A stretch of 63,590 nt of DNA, counting the filler, from Octopus bimaculoides (lineage: Eukaryota), in NCBI RefSeq assembly GCF_001194135.2. It is 6 parts of 6 records of this genome, joined end to end, with 100 filler letters (N's around TTAATTAATTAA, not from the genome) between each part and the next. Parts side by side here need not be neighbours in the genome. Positions count along the whole stretch, not along the records: positions 46,524 to 59,759 come from NC_068999.1; positions 59,860 to 62,341 come from NW_026430032.1; positions 62,442 to 63,590 come from NW_026323103.1; 3 more parts are not named here. One strand, 5' to 3'. Position numbers and translations under genes: made by a program. This document shows positions 49,179 to 62,443 of the stretch, in pieces (within the stretch, counting starts at the first letter, position 1; each line of letters starts with the position of its first letter). A model generated the notes under the pieces. The model was not told the DNA's origin and searched no databases. It saw nothing but the letters and a program-made list of their open reading frames with translations.

Positions 49179-50158
49179 GATATGTATTATAAATTTCATG
49201 AATGTGTTTTGTTTATGTGCACGAGTATGGCGCATGTTATTTTATGGTGATATGTTAGGTAGTTTTTAGACATTGGTGGTGTCTTCTAGCATGTAGGCAA
49301 CTGACCATTTTAAATATACAGAAGTGGTATGTGGAACTAAGCATTTCAATAGATGATCGTTTAGATCATGAAGGAAATGTCATTTCATCAGTATTAGTTT
49401 GAGATATAAGCTTAGCAGAAGACAGGTTGAGTTAATAAGTCTACAAAAGGAAAATAAAAAAAAAATATATATTATTCTCTAAAGATATTCTATTTAAAAA
49501 AATAATTTTCCTTAAAAGAATAGATATCTAAAAATCAAAATAAATTAAAATAAATAATTGTAATTATGATCAAGATGAACTAAGATAAAAAAAAAAAACG
49601 AATTAAAAGATGAATTTTAAAAATGAATAAAAAAAATATTTAAATAATTATAAAATAATAACTTAGCAATCTAAATACAGAATTTAAAAAAACAAATTAA
49701 AATAAATAATTATAGAACACCAACAACGATAATAATAGGACTAATGATAATTAGAAAATCAAGATAACTAGAATAATTAGATAAAATAAATATTAGTGTA
49801 TTCACTAAATGGTACGAGTTATGGTAACTACACTGAAAATACCAGACAAAGAAAGTCAGACCTAAGAAATTATATTACAATGCACTTACCAGTACTTCAT
49901 CGGTTTGGTAAGGTTGTGAATGTTCTTCTAAGTAAAGGTGCACTTCTTAACATTAATTTCTTTTATTTAAAATGTTAGATATGGATATAAGGATATGCAT
50001 AAGTTACATTTTAGTTTCCCTCCATTATGTGGTGGTGTACTATTCATCATATCGCTCATTTAATATCACATCTAGAAATTCCTCTCTTTTAGGCTCCAAA
50101 TAAATCTACTTAAAGCAGTGAAGTTTTCCTTTTTTTTCCCCCTCTATATTTAATGAAG

Positions 50159-50213
50159 AAACACAATTGGTTACTCTTGTCTAAAAATCAGTTGTGAAAG
50201 TGCCTATTTAACA
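50159..50213 (+). CDS. Weak candidate internal exon
   Basis: Long pyrimidine tract, AAG| acceptor, ACA|GTAAGT donor; single open frame NTIGYSCLKISCESAYLT. Confidence 0.25.
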
Positions 50214-52708
50214 GTAAGTACATTCCCCTGTTTGTCTTTTTAATGGGCATTTATAGGATTTTTTTCAAGAAATTGTTTATGTAAAAAACTTTCCTTCCTC
50301 CTATTGTCAATATTAGGTTTTGAGCTAGGAATCTCTTCTCTGTTAAAATATGATACATTTGATATTCTCTATTTGAGCCAGATATATCAGATTCATTTAT
50401 TACCCTAAGTTGTTTTTATTACTATAGTTCATATTATCATTATTTCCTGGTGGCAAATAAAAGAAATTATTATTACTATGTTTATTATCATCATCATCAT
50501 TATCATTAACAGTATTTTTACTGTTAATATTGTTACAATTATTACTATTATTACAATAATTATTGTTACTTCCATCCTTACTACTATTATAAAATGCATT
50601 GCCTTACTAGCATCATGCATTGCTATTATTTGACCTAAGTTTCTTATTGTTGACTTATAGAGTCATGTTTTTTCATTTAAATATAGGAAAACGAAAACTT
50701 CTGTCCTCTAAGTAAATTTATATGGAGCCTTAAAAGGAGGAATGTTAGGTATGAAATTAAATGGTCTAATTTACTGGAGGAAAAACTACATAAGGCACAT
50801 TGTATTGTTTCTGTCCATCCAGCTGTAAATGAATTCTAGCACTAGCTGGGAAGTTAACTCTGTGAAAGACTGGTGTCCCACCCTGCAGAGAATTTGTAAT
50901 CTCAAGCACTTATGTACCATGGAAAATGAGTTAAGCTCCAGCCTTCCAAGTACTAGGAATCATAACAGACCTTAGCCTCAGTCTAACACTCAAATAATAC
51001 AAGGGTTAGATTTTACCCAATCTGCTGCATATCAATATATACTATTTTCCTTGTATTTCTCTTAAGCAATGAGTGTTAAATACCCTGCTCAAGATAGTAG
51101 TGCATTAAGCAGAGGATGAACTGCTATTTTATTGATTTATGTTTATTTATTTCAAAGCTAGAATTGTTGAAGTGTTTTTGTTGGAACAACTATTTGTACT
51201 AAGTGAAAATTGTACTTTTCCACAGAATACTCTGCCACTGACATTAATAGCTAGTATTTTATTCATAATATGTTGATAACCTATCGATAACCTCTTGATG
51301 AACACTGATTTACTATCTGTATTTACTATCTGATAATCTATTGTTAATTATTTCTTCATTTATTATATATTAAGTCTAAAAATAAAGTAAACGATGGGCA
51401 GACGGTTGTAAATGGCATCAAATCATTATAAAATAGTAATAGAGATGTGAGTATAAAAATATATAACCAAAACAGAAAAAAACCCCAGGAAAATCAATGT
51501 AAAGAGAAAGTGTGATTGGTTAATGGTTTTTAACAAACCAATCGGTGGTTCAATGCTTTTCTGATGGCAAGAGTGACCCAACTAAGCAATATTGATTTGG
51601 TCAAATAAACAACAAATAAGTGTTGTTTTACTAATGTTGAGGCCCAGATCAGCCTTGGTTAAACAAAGTTAGGATTAAAATCATTCCAATTGTGACCTCT
51701 GGAGTAGTGTGCTTAAAAGTCTATTTTATGCAATGCTTCTATCTCCTTTCTTTACATGTAATGAGGGTGTTGGGCTGCTGTCTCCAGCTGATCAAATGAC
51801 AGCTTAGGGTCTCCTTCAGTAACTCATAGACAGCAGGCGTAAAAACCTGTTGGCTACATAAATATAGTAAAGCAAGGAAATAAATATAATTTGTATGTTA
51901 GTAATGGTTTCTATGAGAATAATTCATACTTGGAATATAAATTAAGAGTGCCATGGAAAAGACAAAAAAAAAAAAAAGGAGGGGTATATTCCTAGTATGA
52001 AGATATAGGTACTTCATTCACAAACATCATCACTTCAACAAATGTAATTCTCTGTCATACATTTTTCCATTTTGTATTTCCATTTTGTATTTCCATTTTG
52101 TATTTCAAACTCGAGGCGTTTTCGTTGCTATAAAACACTGAGGATGTCTTTTGACAGAGATTTAGCAGTTATAGCTGGATAGAGGAACCTCGTAGATGTT
52201 CATTCCTCATTAAAGCAAGAGAGGGAAGGAAGGGGAGTTAATAAGATAATAGGTGGCTGATACATTGCAACGTAACAGGCAGGGCATGAACTGTTAATGT
52301 CTTGGCTAGTGTAGCATGGCAAATACCTAATGTTTTGGACAGCTGCACCAGTCACAACTTCAGTGATTAAATGAACGCTTACAAACCTCTGAATAAACAG
52401 TTACAGAGATACCGTTCACACTTAAGCAAGTTTAACTTTGGAAGAGATAAGGTTATCAGATTATCATAAGTTTCAGCTTAATGATAGCCAAGGTTATTGT
52501 GATTAGCTTTCCTGGTTGTTGGTTAGATGATAGCTGAAAGTGTAAATAATATCATAATTGTATGACTGGGTTACAGCAAATGTGATGTATGTAAAAAGAG
52601 AGGGGTGTATGAGTAAAATGATTTAATAAAGACGAACATAGACTGAGAAAGACTGTTGTTCTATCTGATAATGAAATGAAATATAATTTTCTAGGAATAT
52701 ACAGATAC

Positions 52709-52769
<61 letters not shown>

Positions 52770-52960
52770 AACACATACAAGCACATACACACACATACAC
52801 ACACACAAACACATACAAGCACACACACACACACAATGAAATATCCTGTATATAACATGAGTATTGATTGATATTGAATTTATGCTAGGAATCCAGGCAC
52901 ACACACATACATGCACACACACACACATCAATATATACGTGTGTGTGTGTGTGTGTGTGT

Positions 52961-53572
52961 GAGAAGATATGGCTGTGTGGTTATGGAGCTCTGCTTTGCT
53001 AGCACATAGTTTTAGGTTCAGTCCCAATGTGCAGCACATTGGGCGAGGGTCTTTTGTTATAGTTTTGAGCAGCAGACCAATGCTTTATGAGTTAATTTAG
53101 AAGACAGAACAAGTGAAATCATAGACATGGCTGATGTTGGTGTCATGTAACTGGAACCCATGCTGGTGGCACATAAAGAGCACTGTTGGTGCATTGGGTT
53201 TCACAGAGGCAAAGTGGAAAAGTTCCTTTTGAGTGTTGGCCCTCACGAAAGCAAAGTGGCCAAGTTCCTTTCGAGTGTTGGGACTCACAGAGGCAACGAC
53301 TGAAACCTTTGGCATTATGTTTTGCTTGAGAAGATCCCTGAAGCTGAGCAAAATCACAGTCATGGCAGATACCAATGTCACACAGATGGCATGTAGAAGC
53401 ACCTTTTACACTCTTGGAGTGGTTAACATTAGGAAGGGCATCCAGCCATAGAAAACCAAGCAGAATCAGACTGGAGTCCAGTGCAGCCTTCCAGCTTACC
53501 AGCCCTGGTCAAACTGTTCAACCCATGCCAGCACAGACAACGGATGTTAGATGATAATGATGATGATGATGA
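52961..53572 (+). mobile_element. Composite SINE: family-A-like tRNA head plus internal repeats plus RTE-type 3' tail
   Basis: Head GATATGGCTGTGTGG...GGTTCAGTCCC; internal CAC.GA.GCAA.GTGG..AAGTTCCTTT duplication; tail homologous to 310-449. Confidence 0.7.
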
Positions 53573-54537
53573 TATTTGTATATCAATGCATGTTTGTCTA
53601 TATATGCTTGCACATATATTTATATACACACATTAATGTAAATAATCATATATATGGACATGTTTAGCCATGCCTCTGCATTTGTTATAAGCATGTCTGT
53701 ACAGTGACTTTGTATCTATGAGACAATCATCAAGAAAGAAAGCAAGAGAGAGAGAGAAAGAGCGTGGGAGAGAGAGAAAGAGCATGAGAGAGAAAGCATG
53801 AGAGAGAGAGAGAGGAAGAGAAGAGGAGGGGTTGATGAATAGAGCTAACCTATAAGAAAATGCAATATTTGATTGATGATGACAAAATTGAAGGTTGTAG
53901 TTATTCAGACTTATTTAAAATATATTTGAGAGTTTAAGGTGAAACAGAAAATCCATCAAGTGAATTTAAGAAGATGGCCCACAGAGGTTGTTTGGGTGTC
54001 ACTAGCTGCTGNNNNNNNNNNNNNNNNNNNNNNNNNNNNNNNNNNNNNNNNNNNNNNNNNNNNNNNNNNNNNNNNNNNNNNNNNNNNNNNNNNNNNNNNN
54101 NNNNNNNNNNNNNNNNNNNNNNNNNNNNNNNNNNNNNNNNNNNNNNNNNNNNNNNNNNNNNNNNNNNNNNNNNNNNNNNNNNNNNNNNNNNNNNNNNNNN
54201 NNNNNNNNNNNNNNNNNNNNNNNNNNNNNNNNNNNNNNNNNNNNNNNNNNNNNNNNNNNNNNNNNNNNNNNNNNNNNNNNNNNNNNNNNNNNNNNNNNNN
54301 NNNNNNNNNNNNNNNNNNNNNNNNNNNNNNNNNNNNNNNNNNNNNNNNNNNNNNNNNNNNNNNNNNNNNNNNNNNNNNNNNNNNNNNNNNNNNNNNNNNN
54401 NNNNNNNNNNNNNNNNNNNNNNNNNNNNNNNNNNNNNNNNNNNNNNNNNNNNNNNNNNNNNNNNNNNNNNNNNNNNNNNNNNNNNNNNNNNNNNNNNNNN
54501 NNNNNNNNNNNNNNNATATATATATATATATATATAT

Positions 54538-54880
54538 AATAAGACAAGGTAGAAAATGCTAAAATAGTTTTATCATGAAGAACATTTTAGTACCAGTTTC
54601 CGTCTTTTAGATTAAAATAAGAAAAACAATTAAATTGGGAAAAAAATATATTAAGTGAAATGTTTTGTCAATATTTCCATAGTCTTCAAATAGTTTATCT
54701 CTGTCTGTCTCTCTCTCTCTCCCTCTTCCTTTGTGAATGCTTGGTAGGTAGGTAGTAGTAAATCTGAAGGAATAGTTTTGAGTACAGACTACAACTGTTA
54801 GTTGAAAAAGTCTAAAAGATGGAAACCGGTACTAAAATGTACTTAATGATAAAACTATTTTATACCTTGTCTTATTTTCC
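54538..54880. mobile_element. MITE with about 70-bp TIRs next to the TA tract of a family A SINE
   Basis: Left AATAAGACAAGGTA...AAAATAGTTTTATCAT.AAG.ACATTTTAGTACC.GTTTCC.TCTTTTAGA matches the reverse complement of 54810-54877. Confidence 0.75.
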
Positions 54881-54899
54881 TTATATGTATATATATATG

Positions 54900-55115
54900 T
54901 ACATGTGTGTGTGTTTGTCCCCCACCACCACTTGACGACTGGTTTTGGTGTGTTTATGACACCATACCTTAGCAGTTTGGTAAAAGAGACCGACAGAATA
55001 TGTACCAAACTTAACGAAAAAAGTAATAGTGTTGACTGATTCGATTAAAAAAAAAGAAGAATTCTTCAAGGCTATGCCCCAGCATGGCCACAGTCTAATG
55101 ACTGAAATGAGCAAA
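54900..55115 (+). mobile_element. SINE family A 3' half
   Basis: TGTTTGTCCCCCACC...GCAGTTTGGTAAAAGAGACCGA...CCCCAGCATGGCCACAGTC. Confidence 0.8.
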
Positions 55116-55137
55116 AGATAAAAAATAGACCATACGC

Positions 55138-55168
<31 letters not shown>

Positions 55169-55789
55169 TGTGTATATACCTGTGTATAAATGCAAGATAC
55201 ATGTGACTGTATGCAGTTTGGTGTGTCTGCAGAATCAGTCATTTTTGTCACAGCAGGATGTTTGTATATTTTTAGGAAATGTCATTTTTCACAATTTTTA
55301 CCTCTGTTTTGTTTATTTATTTGTTTTGTTTATTTATATTGTTTGCAGTTTATTTATATGGAAACTAAAGACAGAAATAATTTCTGTGTTACTATCCATA
55401 TCTGTGCAGTCAGGTGATCAGATATATTTGAAAATATTTCACATGTTTTTTTCATTTTTTTCCATTTGACATTTTTATCAGATTATTTGCTTTTAGTAGA
55501 GTGTATTAATGTGTGTGCCTATGCATATAAATGTGTGTGTGTGTGTGCATATACATACACATATACACAAGTGTGTGTATGTATGTATGTATGTATGTAT
55601 ATACATATACACATCACATCATGCATATGGGAAGAGGACCTTAACATTTTTTGTGATGTTAAAGGAGGGTAAAATATTTATGACAAGGACATATTTGGGA
55701 AATTCTTGCAATTGTCACTTCTCTTTATTTATTTGTGTTATTTTGCTAAACATTAGGTGATAAAATTGTAGATGGTTTGATTTTCTAAC

Positions 55790-56840
55790 ATGAGTGAAAA
55801 CATAGATTCTAAACAGTGATGTTTCAGTTATTGACCCAGAAAGTTAAACCATTGATGTCAGTAGAAATCAGCATAATAAAGTGGAAGCGAAACAATATTC
55901 CTTGGTTAAACTTGACAGTGAAAAGAAAAGAAAAAGCTGGAAGAATCCAAATTTCTTAGATAAAGAGGAAATAGCTGGCCCTGTTACATGTCAATCACCT
56001 GTGAGAGTTGTAGATGATATTATTAACATTTCTGAGTTAACTGAAGGGAATTAAGTTGGATGGGATATTTGCATTAATATGATGAATACTAAAAGTACAA
56101 TTAATTTTGTTGCATTGTTGGCATTAATTAATAATCTGCTACTTTAGTTGTAATGAACCAAGTTTTCAGGGAATTACCATGCTCATTCAGTTGGAAAAGT
56201 TTGGAACTGTTGTGTAAACAGTTGTTACCAAAGTCTAAAACAAGATTGCTTCTTTGAAATTGCTTCATATCATACTGCATCACTATGTAAAGCTTATTGT
56301 ATTGATGAGCAGCAGTTTTCTCCAGTCGATATGTTGTCATGGAGCTGGTCCGTGTCAGCTGAGAAACAGCAGTTAAGTGATACAACTGTTTTAGATATGT
56401 ATTTGCTGTGGTGATGTATTGACCATTTTCTACACAATGCACTGCAAACCCCATTGGGATCAATATTAAGTGGGTCAATGGGTTCTTGACATTGTGGAAT
56501 GCAACAGCCCAAAGAATATCCCTGATCAAAGTGCTGTGCCATTATTGTGTCAGTTATTCCTGACCATGTGTTTCCATGTGGCTTTATTGTAAATGATTGC
56601 TGGGGTAGCTACCAAATGATGATACTGAAAACCACATTCTGTAGATCAAGAGATCAATTTCTCTTCATAAACACGAAGAGATACAGGGTCATGAAGTATT
56701 TAAACAACAGGTCATGCTTAGCATTTCTGTCTTTGTCATACCTATTTACAGGAATTTGCCTGGATACAATCAAAGACATTTTGTTAAATGCCTTCAACAA
56801 TATTATTCTGTCTAATTCTTATATTCTAGTTCTTTATTAT
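55790..56840 (+). pseudogene. Possible decayed intronless coding sequence of unknown origin
   Basis: About 1 kb of non-repetitive sequence with protein-like stretches in shifting frames (DVSRNQHNKVEAKQYSLVKLDSEKKRKSWKNPNFLDKEE; NQVFRELPCSFSWKSLELLCKQLLPK; IASLKLLHIILHHYVKL; WVLDIVECNSPKNIPDQSAVPLLCQLFLTM), broken by many stops. Confidence 0.3.
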
Positions 56841-57469
56841 TAAAAAAAGATATATATAATAAAGTAAACCAGAAGTATTTTGCAAAATAGATAAGATTTT
56901 GCTATTACCATTTTTGTATATTAGGTTTCTATCATTTTTAATTTCAAAGAAAAATGATTCTTTCATTTTAATTACACTGTTGAGCATCTGGCAAATGACA
57001 ATCTCTACTGACTTCAGTAGCTTTCACTTTCTGGATCATAAAACGAAACATCATCTTCCAAATGTTAGTTTGTATGATATTGCATGATACTTTAATGTGA
57101 AAACTGTGAGGCCACAAATTATATTACTTTGAAAGAGCAGAGTTTTAAAATAAAGCGTTTTATTGGTTTACTTTAAACAGAAGCTTTGTCAGCATTTTGC
57201 AGAATTCAAATCCCCAGATAACTTAGAGATATTCAGCAGCTTTTTATTTCATATAGTTTCCACCCTTTCTCAAATATTTTCAATAGAACAAGAAACATTA
57301 AAAAAAAAAACTCTAATCTATGGAGAATAAACAAAGAACTTCTGCATGAGATATAGCCATTATGCATGAGATATAAGTACTGAGCATGAGATAAAACTCT
57401 GTGCACATGTGATAAAACTAATGTGCATGTGTTGTTTCTATGGTTATCATCAAAAGTAAGTACACTTAC

Positions 57470-57540
57470 TGTTCTCTTTACACGTGATAGCTTAAAATTA
57501 GTTACTGTTAAAGAGAGGAGGCTCCTCTCTGTCACTTTAT
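57470..57540 (-). CDS. Candidate internal exon
   Basis: GATATTTCTAACAG| 71 nt ACA|GTAAGT; open frame DKVTERSLLSLTVTNFKLSRVKRT. Confidence 0.3.
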
Positions 57541-57864
57541 CTGTTAGAAATATCACCTAAACTCTACCTATGCATAATGGTTAAAGATGGAATATTTTTG
57601 GTTATAAATCTACTTTGCAAGAACTGATTGGGTTTTCCCATTGCTACCAGTGCCAACAACAACATTAACAACAACCCTCAAACCACTAATAGCAGCTGCA
57701 ACCACACCACAAGCATTGTTGTCAATAGTAACAATATTAAATCCACAACCATCCTAAGCAAATGAGGATTTGATGGAATTCCTGTTTGAAAGAAATTTAA
57801 ATTAAAAACTTCCTGCAAAATTTCATGTTAATTTATGTTCCAGGCAATAGCTTTAAAATGGTTT

Positions 57865-58085
57865 GAGATTTAGGTGCAAGGTTTGCAAGTTTGAGCTGCA
57901 GGCTGGGATTGATACAATGGATTGTCAGTACTTAACTGGTACTTTATATCATCAAGCCTAGAACGATGAAAGACAAAACTAACCTTGCCATGATTTGAAC
58001 TCAGAACATAAAAAAAGCAAGGCAAAAGCAATACAGCATTTTTTCGGACTCTCTATTGATTTGGCCAATTTGCCACTTCAAACTT
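57865..58085 (-). mobile_element. SINE family B, strongly decayed
   Basis: ...CTGGTACTTTAT...GATGAAAGACAAAACTAACCTTGCCATGATTTGAACTCAGAAC... Confidence 0.7.
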
Positions 58086-58885
58086 AATGATGACAGTTAT
58101 TTGATTGAATTTTTCATTAATTTTTAAAAATTAACAGAAACAAAGACTTATATTTCCACAGGAAAATGGTTTAACGGGTTTCAATCATTGAAAGACACAT
58201 TGAAGAATCTTATTGTAGATGCACCACATCTCAAAGCATTTGAAACACAGAAAGAAAAAAGACAATGGGGTCAGAGAAAAATTTTAAATCACGGTTCAGC
58301 TTTATCAGAACAGATTGATTGCCTTTCACTGGTTAACTCACTGCAGTATTTGCTATATATGTATATGTGAGGGTTTGATAAGTGGGGGGCGTTTGTATAT
58401 TAGCATGTGGTGGGGGAACTATGTCATTTAATCCAAGGCCAGCGTTAATCCAGATAACCTGTGATCAAAACCTTCATAGTCTTTCTGGTGTATCTTTTCC
58501 TAATAATGAGTGAATTGAAGAAAATTTGGCTGCTATTTCTAGCTAGTTGAGTTGCAACAGACATTCACTGTAAGGTTTGGTATGTGATTATACAGTTATA
58601 GTGGTTGCTGTGGGTGTATGTGTGCATATTTGTGTGTCTTCATGTGTGTCTGTGTATATGTTGGTGTATTAGTGCGTGTGTGTGTGTGCAGATGGCCTAA
58701 TGTGTGAGAGCGTGTGTACGTGTGCTGTTATTTGATGAATTAACTGACTGGTGGTTCATAGAAATTGAATTGGCTTTCACAAGAGAGAGAAAATGATAAG
58801 TTTGAAAATTGCTATCTAAATGAACATAGCTTATTGGGAAAAGATTCATTTATTACAAATTTGCCTTCTTTCCTTCTCTGTACAG

Positions 58886-58963
58886 CATGATAAAGTCTTT
58901 GACTTCTGCCGATCTCTGATATCAAATGGATTACCGATTCTGTTCACTTCGTTGATATTGTAG
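58886..58963 (+). CDS. Candidate terminal exon
   Basis: Very strong acceptor TTTGCCTTCTTTCCTTCTCTGTACAG| then HDKVFDFCRSLISNGLPILFTSLIL*. Confidence 0.3.
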   Translation, partial: HDKVFDFCRSLISNGLPILFTSLIL

Positions 58964-59039
58964 CTCCGACGTATAAATGTCGCTAATTAGTTTTATACGA
59001 ATCATTTAAAATAATTACTTGGTAGTTTTATCGGAGTGT

Positions 59040-59083
<44 letters not shown>

Positions 59084-59487
59084 NNNNNNNNNNATATATA
59101 TACACACACACATATGTACAGATATGTATGAATATATAATGACAGAGATAAATAGAATGAGAAAGAGAGTAATGGAAAGACAAACTCTGTGTGTGTGTGT
59201 GTGTATGTGTGTATATATATATGTATTGACAGATGAGAAAATATACAAAAATTGAGAGCGAGAGAGAAAGAGAGAGAGAGTGAGCGTGTCTGTGTACATA
59301 GTAAGGGGGGATGTTGGTTAGGTAGGTAGTCATTGGTAAAATAATTGAAACTCTCTTTAAGAAAATTCTATTTAATTTTTTTTTTTTGTTCTCTGTATCA
59401 TCATCATCATCATTATCATTATAATCCTCATTATCATTATCATCATCTTCATAATCCTCATTATTATTATTGTTATTATTATTATTA

Positions 59488-59520
<33 letters not shown>

Positions 59521-59759
59521 GTTTGTTGCTGTTTGTTAGCATATCTTCATTAATTCAATAAGTTGCTATGATCTTCTTTTAAAGACTTCATTGCAGAACA
59601 GCTTTTAATCAAATTGTGTGTGTGTGTGTGTGTGTGCCATGTGCTGTGTGTGTGTGAGAGAGAGAGAAAGAGACAGAGAGAAAAAAGAGAATTTGAATTG
59701 ATGTTTTGCTTGTTTATATATTTTCTTCGATTATTTTTTGTGGGGGGCATCTGCATGTT

Positions 59760-59859
59760 NNNNNNNNNNNNNNNNNNNNNNNNNNNNNNNNNNNNNNNNN
59801 NNNTTAATTAATTAANNNNNNNNNNNNNNNNNNNNNNNNNNNNNNNNNNNNNNNNNNNN
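59760..59859. other. Artificial scaffold linker
   Basis: 44N-TTAATTAATTAA-44N. Confidence 0.95.
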
Positions 59860-60077
59860 AGAGTAAAATAGTATATATATGCGTGTGAGATGTGTGTTTA
59901 TATGTATATGAGAAAGTGGGATAAACAAGACTGAAAAAGAGTGTGTGTGTATGAGAGAGAAAGAGGGAGAGAGAGAGAGAGAGAGGAATTAGAAGCAGAA
60001 GGGCAGAGTAATAAAAATGTCAGTGTGTGTGTGTCTACGGATACGAGTGTGAGTGCGTACGTGTATCTGTGTAGTAC

Positions 60078-60303
60078 GAGGCTTACTTCACAACGACATG
60101 GTTCCGGGTTCAGTCTCACAGCATGACACCTTAGGATTAGGGGCTAAACATAGAGTGGACAAACAAGGACAGACAAAGTGCGTAACTGGTACTTTATTTA
60201 TCGACCCCGAAAGGATGAAAGGCAAANNNNNNNNNNNNNNNNNNNNNNNNNNNNNNNNNNNNNNNNATGAAATATCGCTAAGCATTTTGCCAGCTCGCCG
60301 CCC
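60078..60303. mobile_element. Family A SINE head (plus) abutting a family B SINE (minus)
   Basis: CATGGTTCCGGGTTCAGTCTC...GACACCTT then GGGGCTAAACATAGAG...GGTACTTT...CGACCCCGAAAGGATGAAAGGCAAA. Confidence 0.75.
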
Positions 60304-62189
60304 TTAGGCATGCATCTTATGTGATCTAAATGCTATTATATGATTTTAAGCAGCAATGGTGTTTCGATTTCCACACTCCAATATTAATTCCTGATTGAAT
60401 TGTTTATTTATTTCATTCAAATCAATTAATTACACATTAATTAAGAAATAATTATATGGTTGATGACGTATGTAATCAAGCCTTAGAAACAACTCTTGAG
60501 CCTAATAAAGAGATTTTGGAATAACATTCAGATGACTGTATTTTCTGAATGTTTTGCTCCGAACATTCGTTTTAGCCAATTTTAACTCTCTGGAAACTCA
60601 TTTCAGTTAAGGATTTTGTTTTGAAANNNNNNNNNNTAATATATTGGAGTTAAACGATTTCTTAAATAATTGAGCTCTTAATCTCAGTGAATATATTTTT
60701 AGAGAGTCTAAGCACTAACTCAGTATATGTAAACATACATGCATACATACAGGGCCGGATTAAGGCCATAGAGATCATAAACACTTAAAAATGTTGGTGC
60801 CCCCATATATATTCAAAATATAAACGATAAGAAACCTCAAAGTAAATTTTATTTTTTCAAAATGAAACAAAATTAAGAGGAAGATGGAAAATAACGTTAT
60901 GTTTCTGGGTATTTTCACTCTAGATATATTTAGAAAGACCATTTTTTTTTTTTTTTTTTTTTTTTTTNNNNNNNNNNNNNNNNNNNNNNNNNNNNNNNNN
61001 NNNNNNNNNNNNNNNNNNNNNNNNNNNNNNNNNNNNNNNNNNNNNNNNNNNNNNNNNNNNNNNNNNNNNNNNNNNNNNNNNNNNNNNNNNNNNNNNNNNN
61101 NNNNNNNNNNNNNNNNNNNNNNNNNNNNNNNNNNNNNNNNNNNNNNNNNNNNNNNNNNNNNNNNNNNNNNNNNNNNNNNNNNNNNNNNNNNNNNNNNNNN
61201 NNNNNNNNNNNNNNNNNNNNNNNNNNNNNNNNNNNNNNNNNNNNNNNNNNNNNNNNNNNNNNNNNNNNNNNNNNNNNNNNNNNNNNNNNNNNNNNNNNNN
61301 NNNNNNNNNNNNNNNNNNNNNNNNNNNNNNNNNNNNNNNNNNNNNNNNNNNNNNNNNNNNNNNNNNNNNNNNNNNNNNNNNNNNNNNNNNNNNNNNNNNN
61401 NNNNNNNNNNNNNNNNNTGGAACAGTAAAAATATGCAAAACTTTTCTCAAGTTTAAAATGTGACATTGTCCTTATTATCAACGTTCTGACGATGGAGATT
61501 TGTATCTCTGTTAGAAGCCAGCTTCTTCCTCAGAGGAAGAATTTAAATAATCAAAAAGAGAAGAGAACACATATATGGAGTTTGGAAAATCTAGTACCCA
61601 AGATATATTTTCAACTTCATACTTTTTATTATCATTGTAGCAACAGGATACGTACCAACCCACCTGGAGCAAAGTATGGTTGAACTTGGGAGTTCTCGGG
61701 GAGAGAACGCAGATCCTTAATTCATGCACAATAAATGAGCATGATATCTGGAGCTATAAAAATCTGCAAGAGCTTTTTAAGATTTAAAGGTTGATGAACG
61801 ACACAAGACGCTTTCCTTCACAATCTTGCTACCAAGCATATGACCGGTCAAAATTTACTCAAAATTAGAAAAGAAAACGACAAGAGCATGCATACATACA
61901 TACATCTATAAAATTTTTCAGAAGTTTATCATTTAAATATATATGAGCATGTCTAGATATGCAANNNNNNNNNNNNNNNNNNNNNNNNNNNNNNNNNNNN
62001 NNNNNNNNNNNNNNNNNNNNNNNNNNNNNNNNNNNNNNNNNNNNNNNNNNNNNNNNNNNNNNNNNNNNNNNNNNNNNNNNNNNNNNNNNNNNNNNNNNNN
62101 NNNNNNNNNNNNNNNNNNNNNNNNNNNNNNNNNNNNNNNNNNNNNNNNNNNNNNNNNNNNNNNNNNNNNNNNNNNNNNNNNNNNNNNNN

Positions 62190-62341
62190 AGCCCGTCATA
62201 TATATGTATGTGTATATACGTTTGTGTGTCTGTGTTTGTCCCCCCAACATCGCTTAACAACAGATGGTGGTGCGTTTACGTTCTCGTAACGTAGCGGTTC
62301 GGCAAAAGAGACCGATACAATAAGTACTAGGCATCCAAAGA
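62190..62341 (+). mobile_element. SINE family A middle portion
   Basis: GCCCGTC...TGTTTGTCCCCCCAACATCGCTT...GCGGTTCGGCAAAAGAGACCGAT. Confidence 0.85.
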
Positions 62342-62441
62342 NNNNNNNNNNNNNNNNNNNNNNNNNNNNNNNNNNNNNNNNNNNNTTAATTAATTAANNN
62401 NNNNNNNNNNNNNNNNNNNNNNNNNNNNNNNNNNNNNNNNN
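62342..62441. other. Artificial scaffold linker
   Basis: 44N-TTAATTAATTAA-44N. Confidence 0.95.
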
Positions 62442-62443
62442 CC

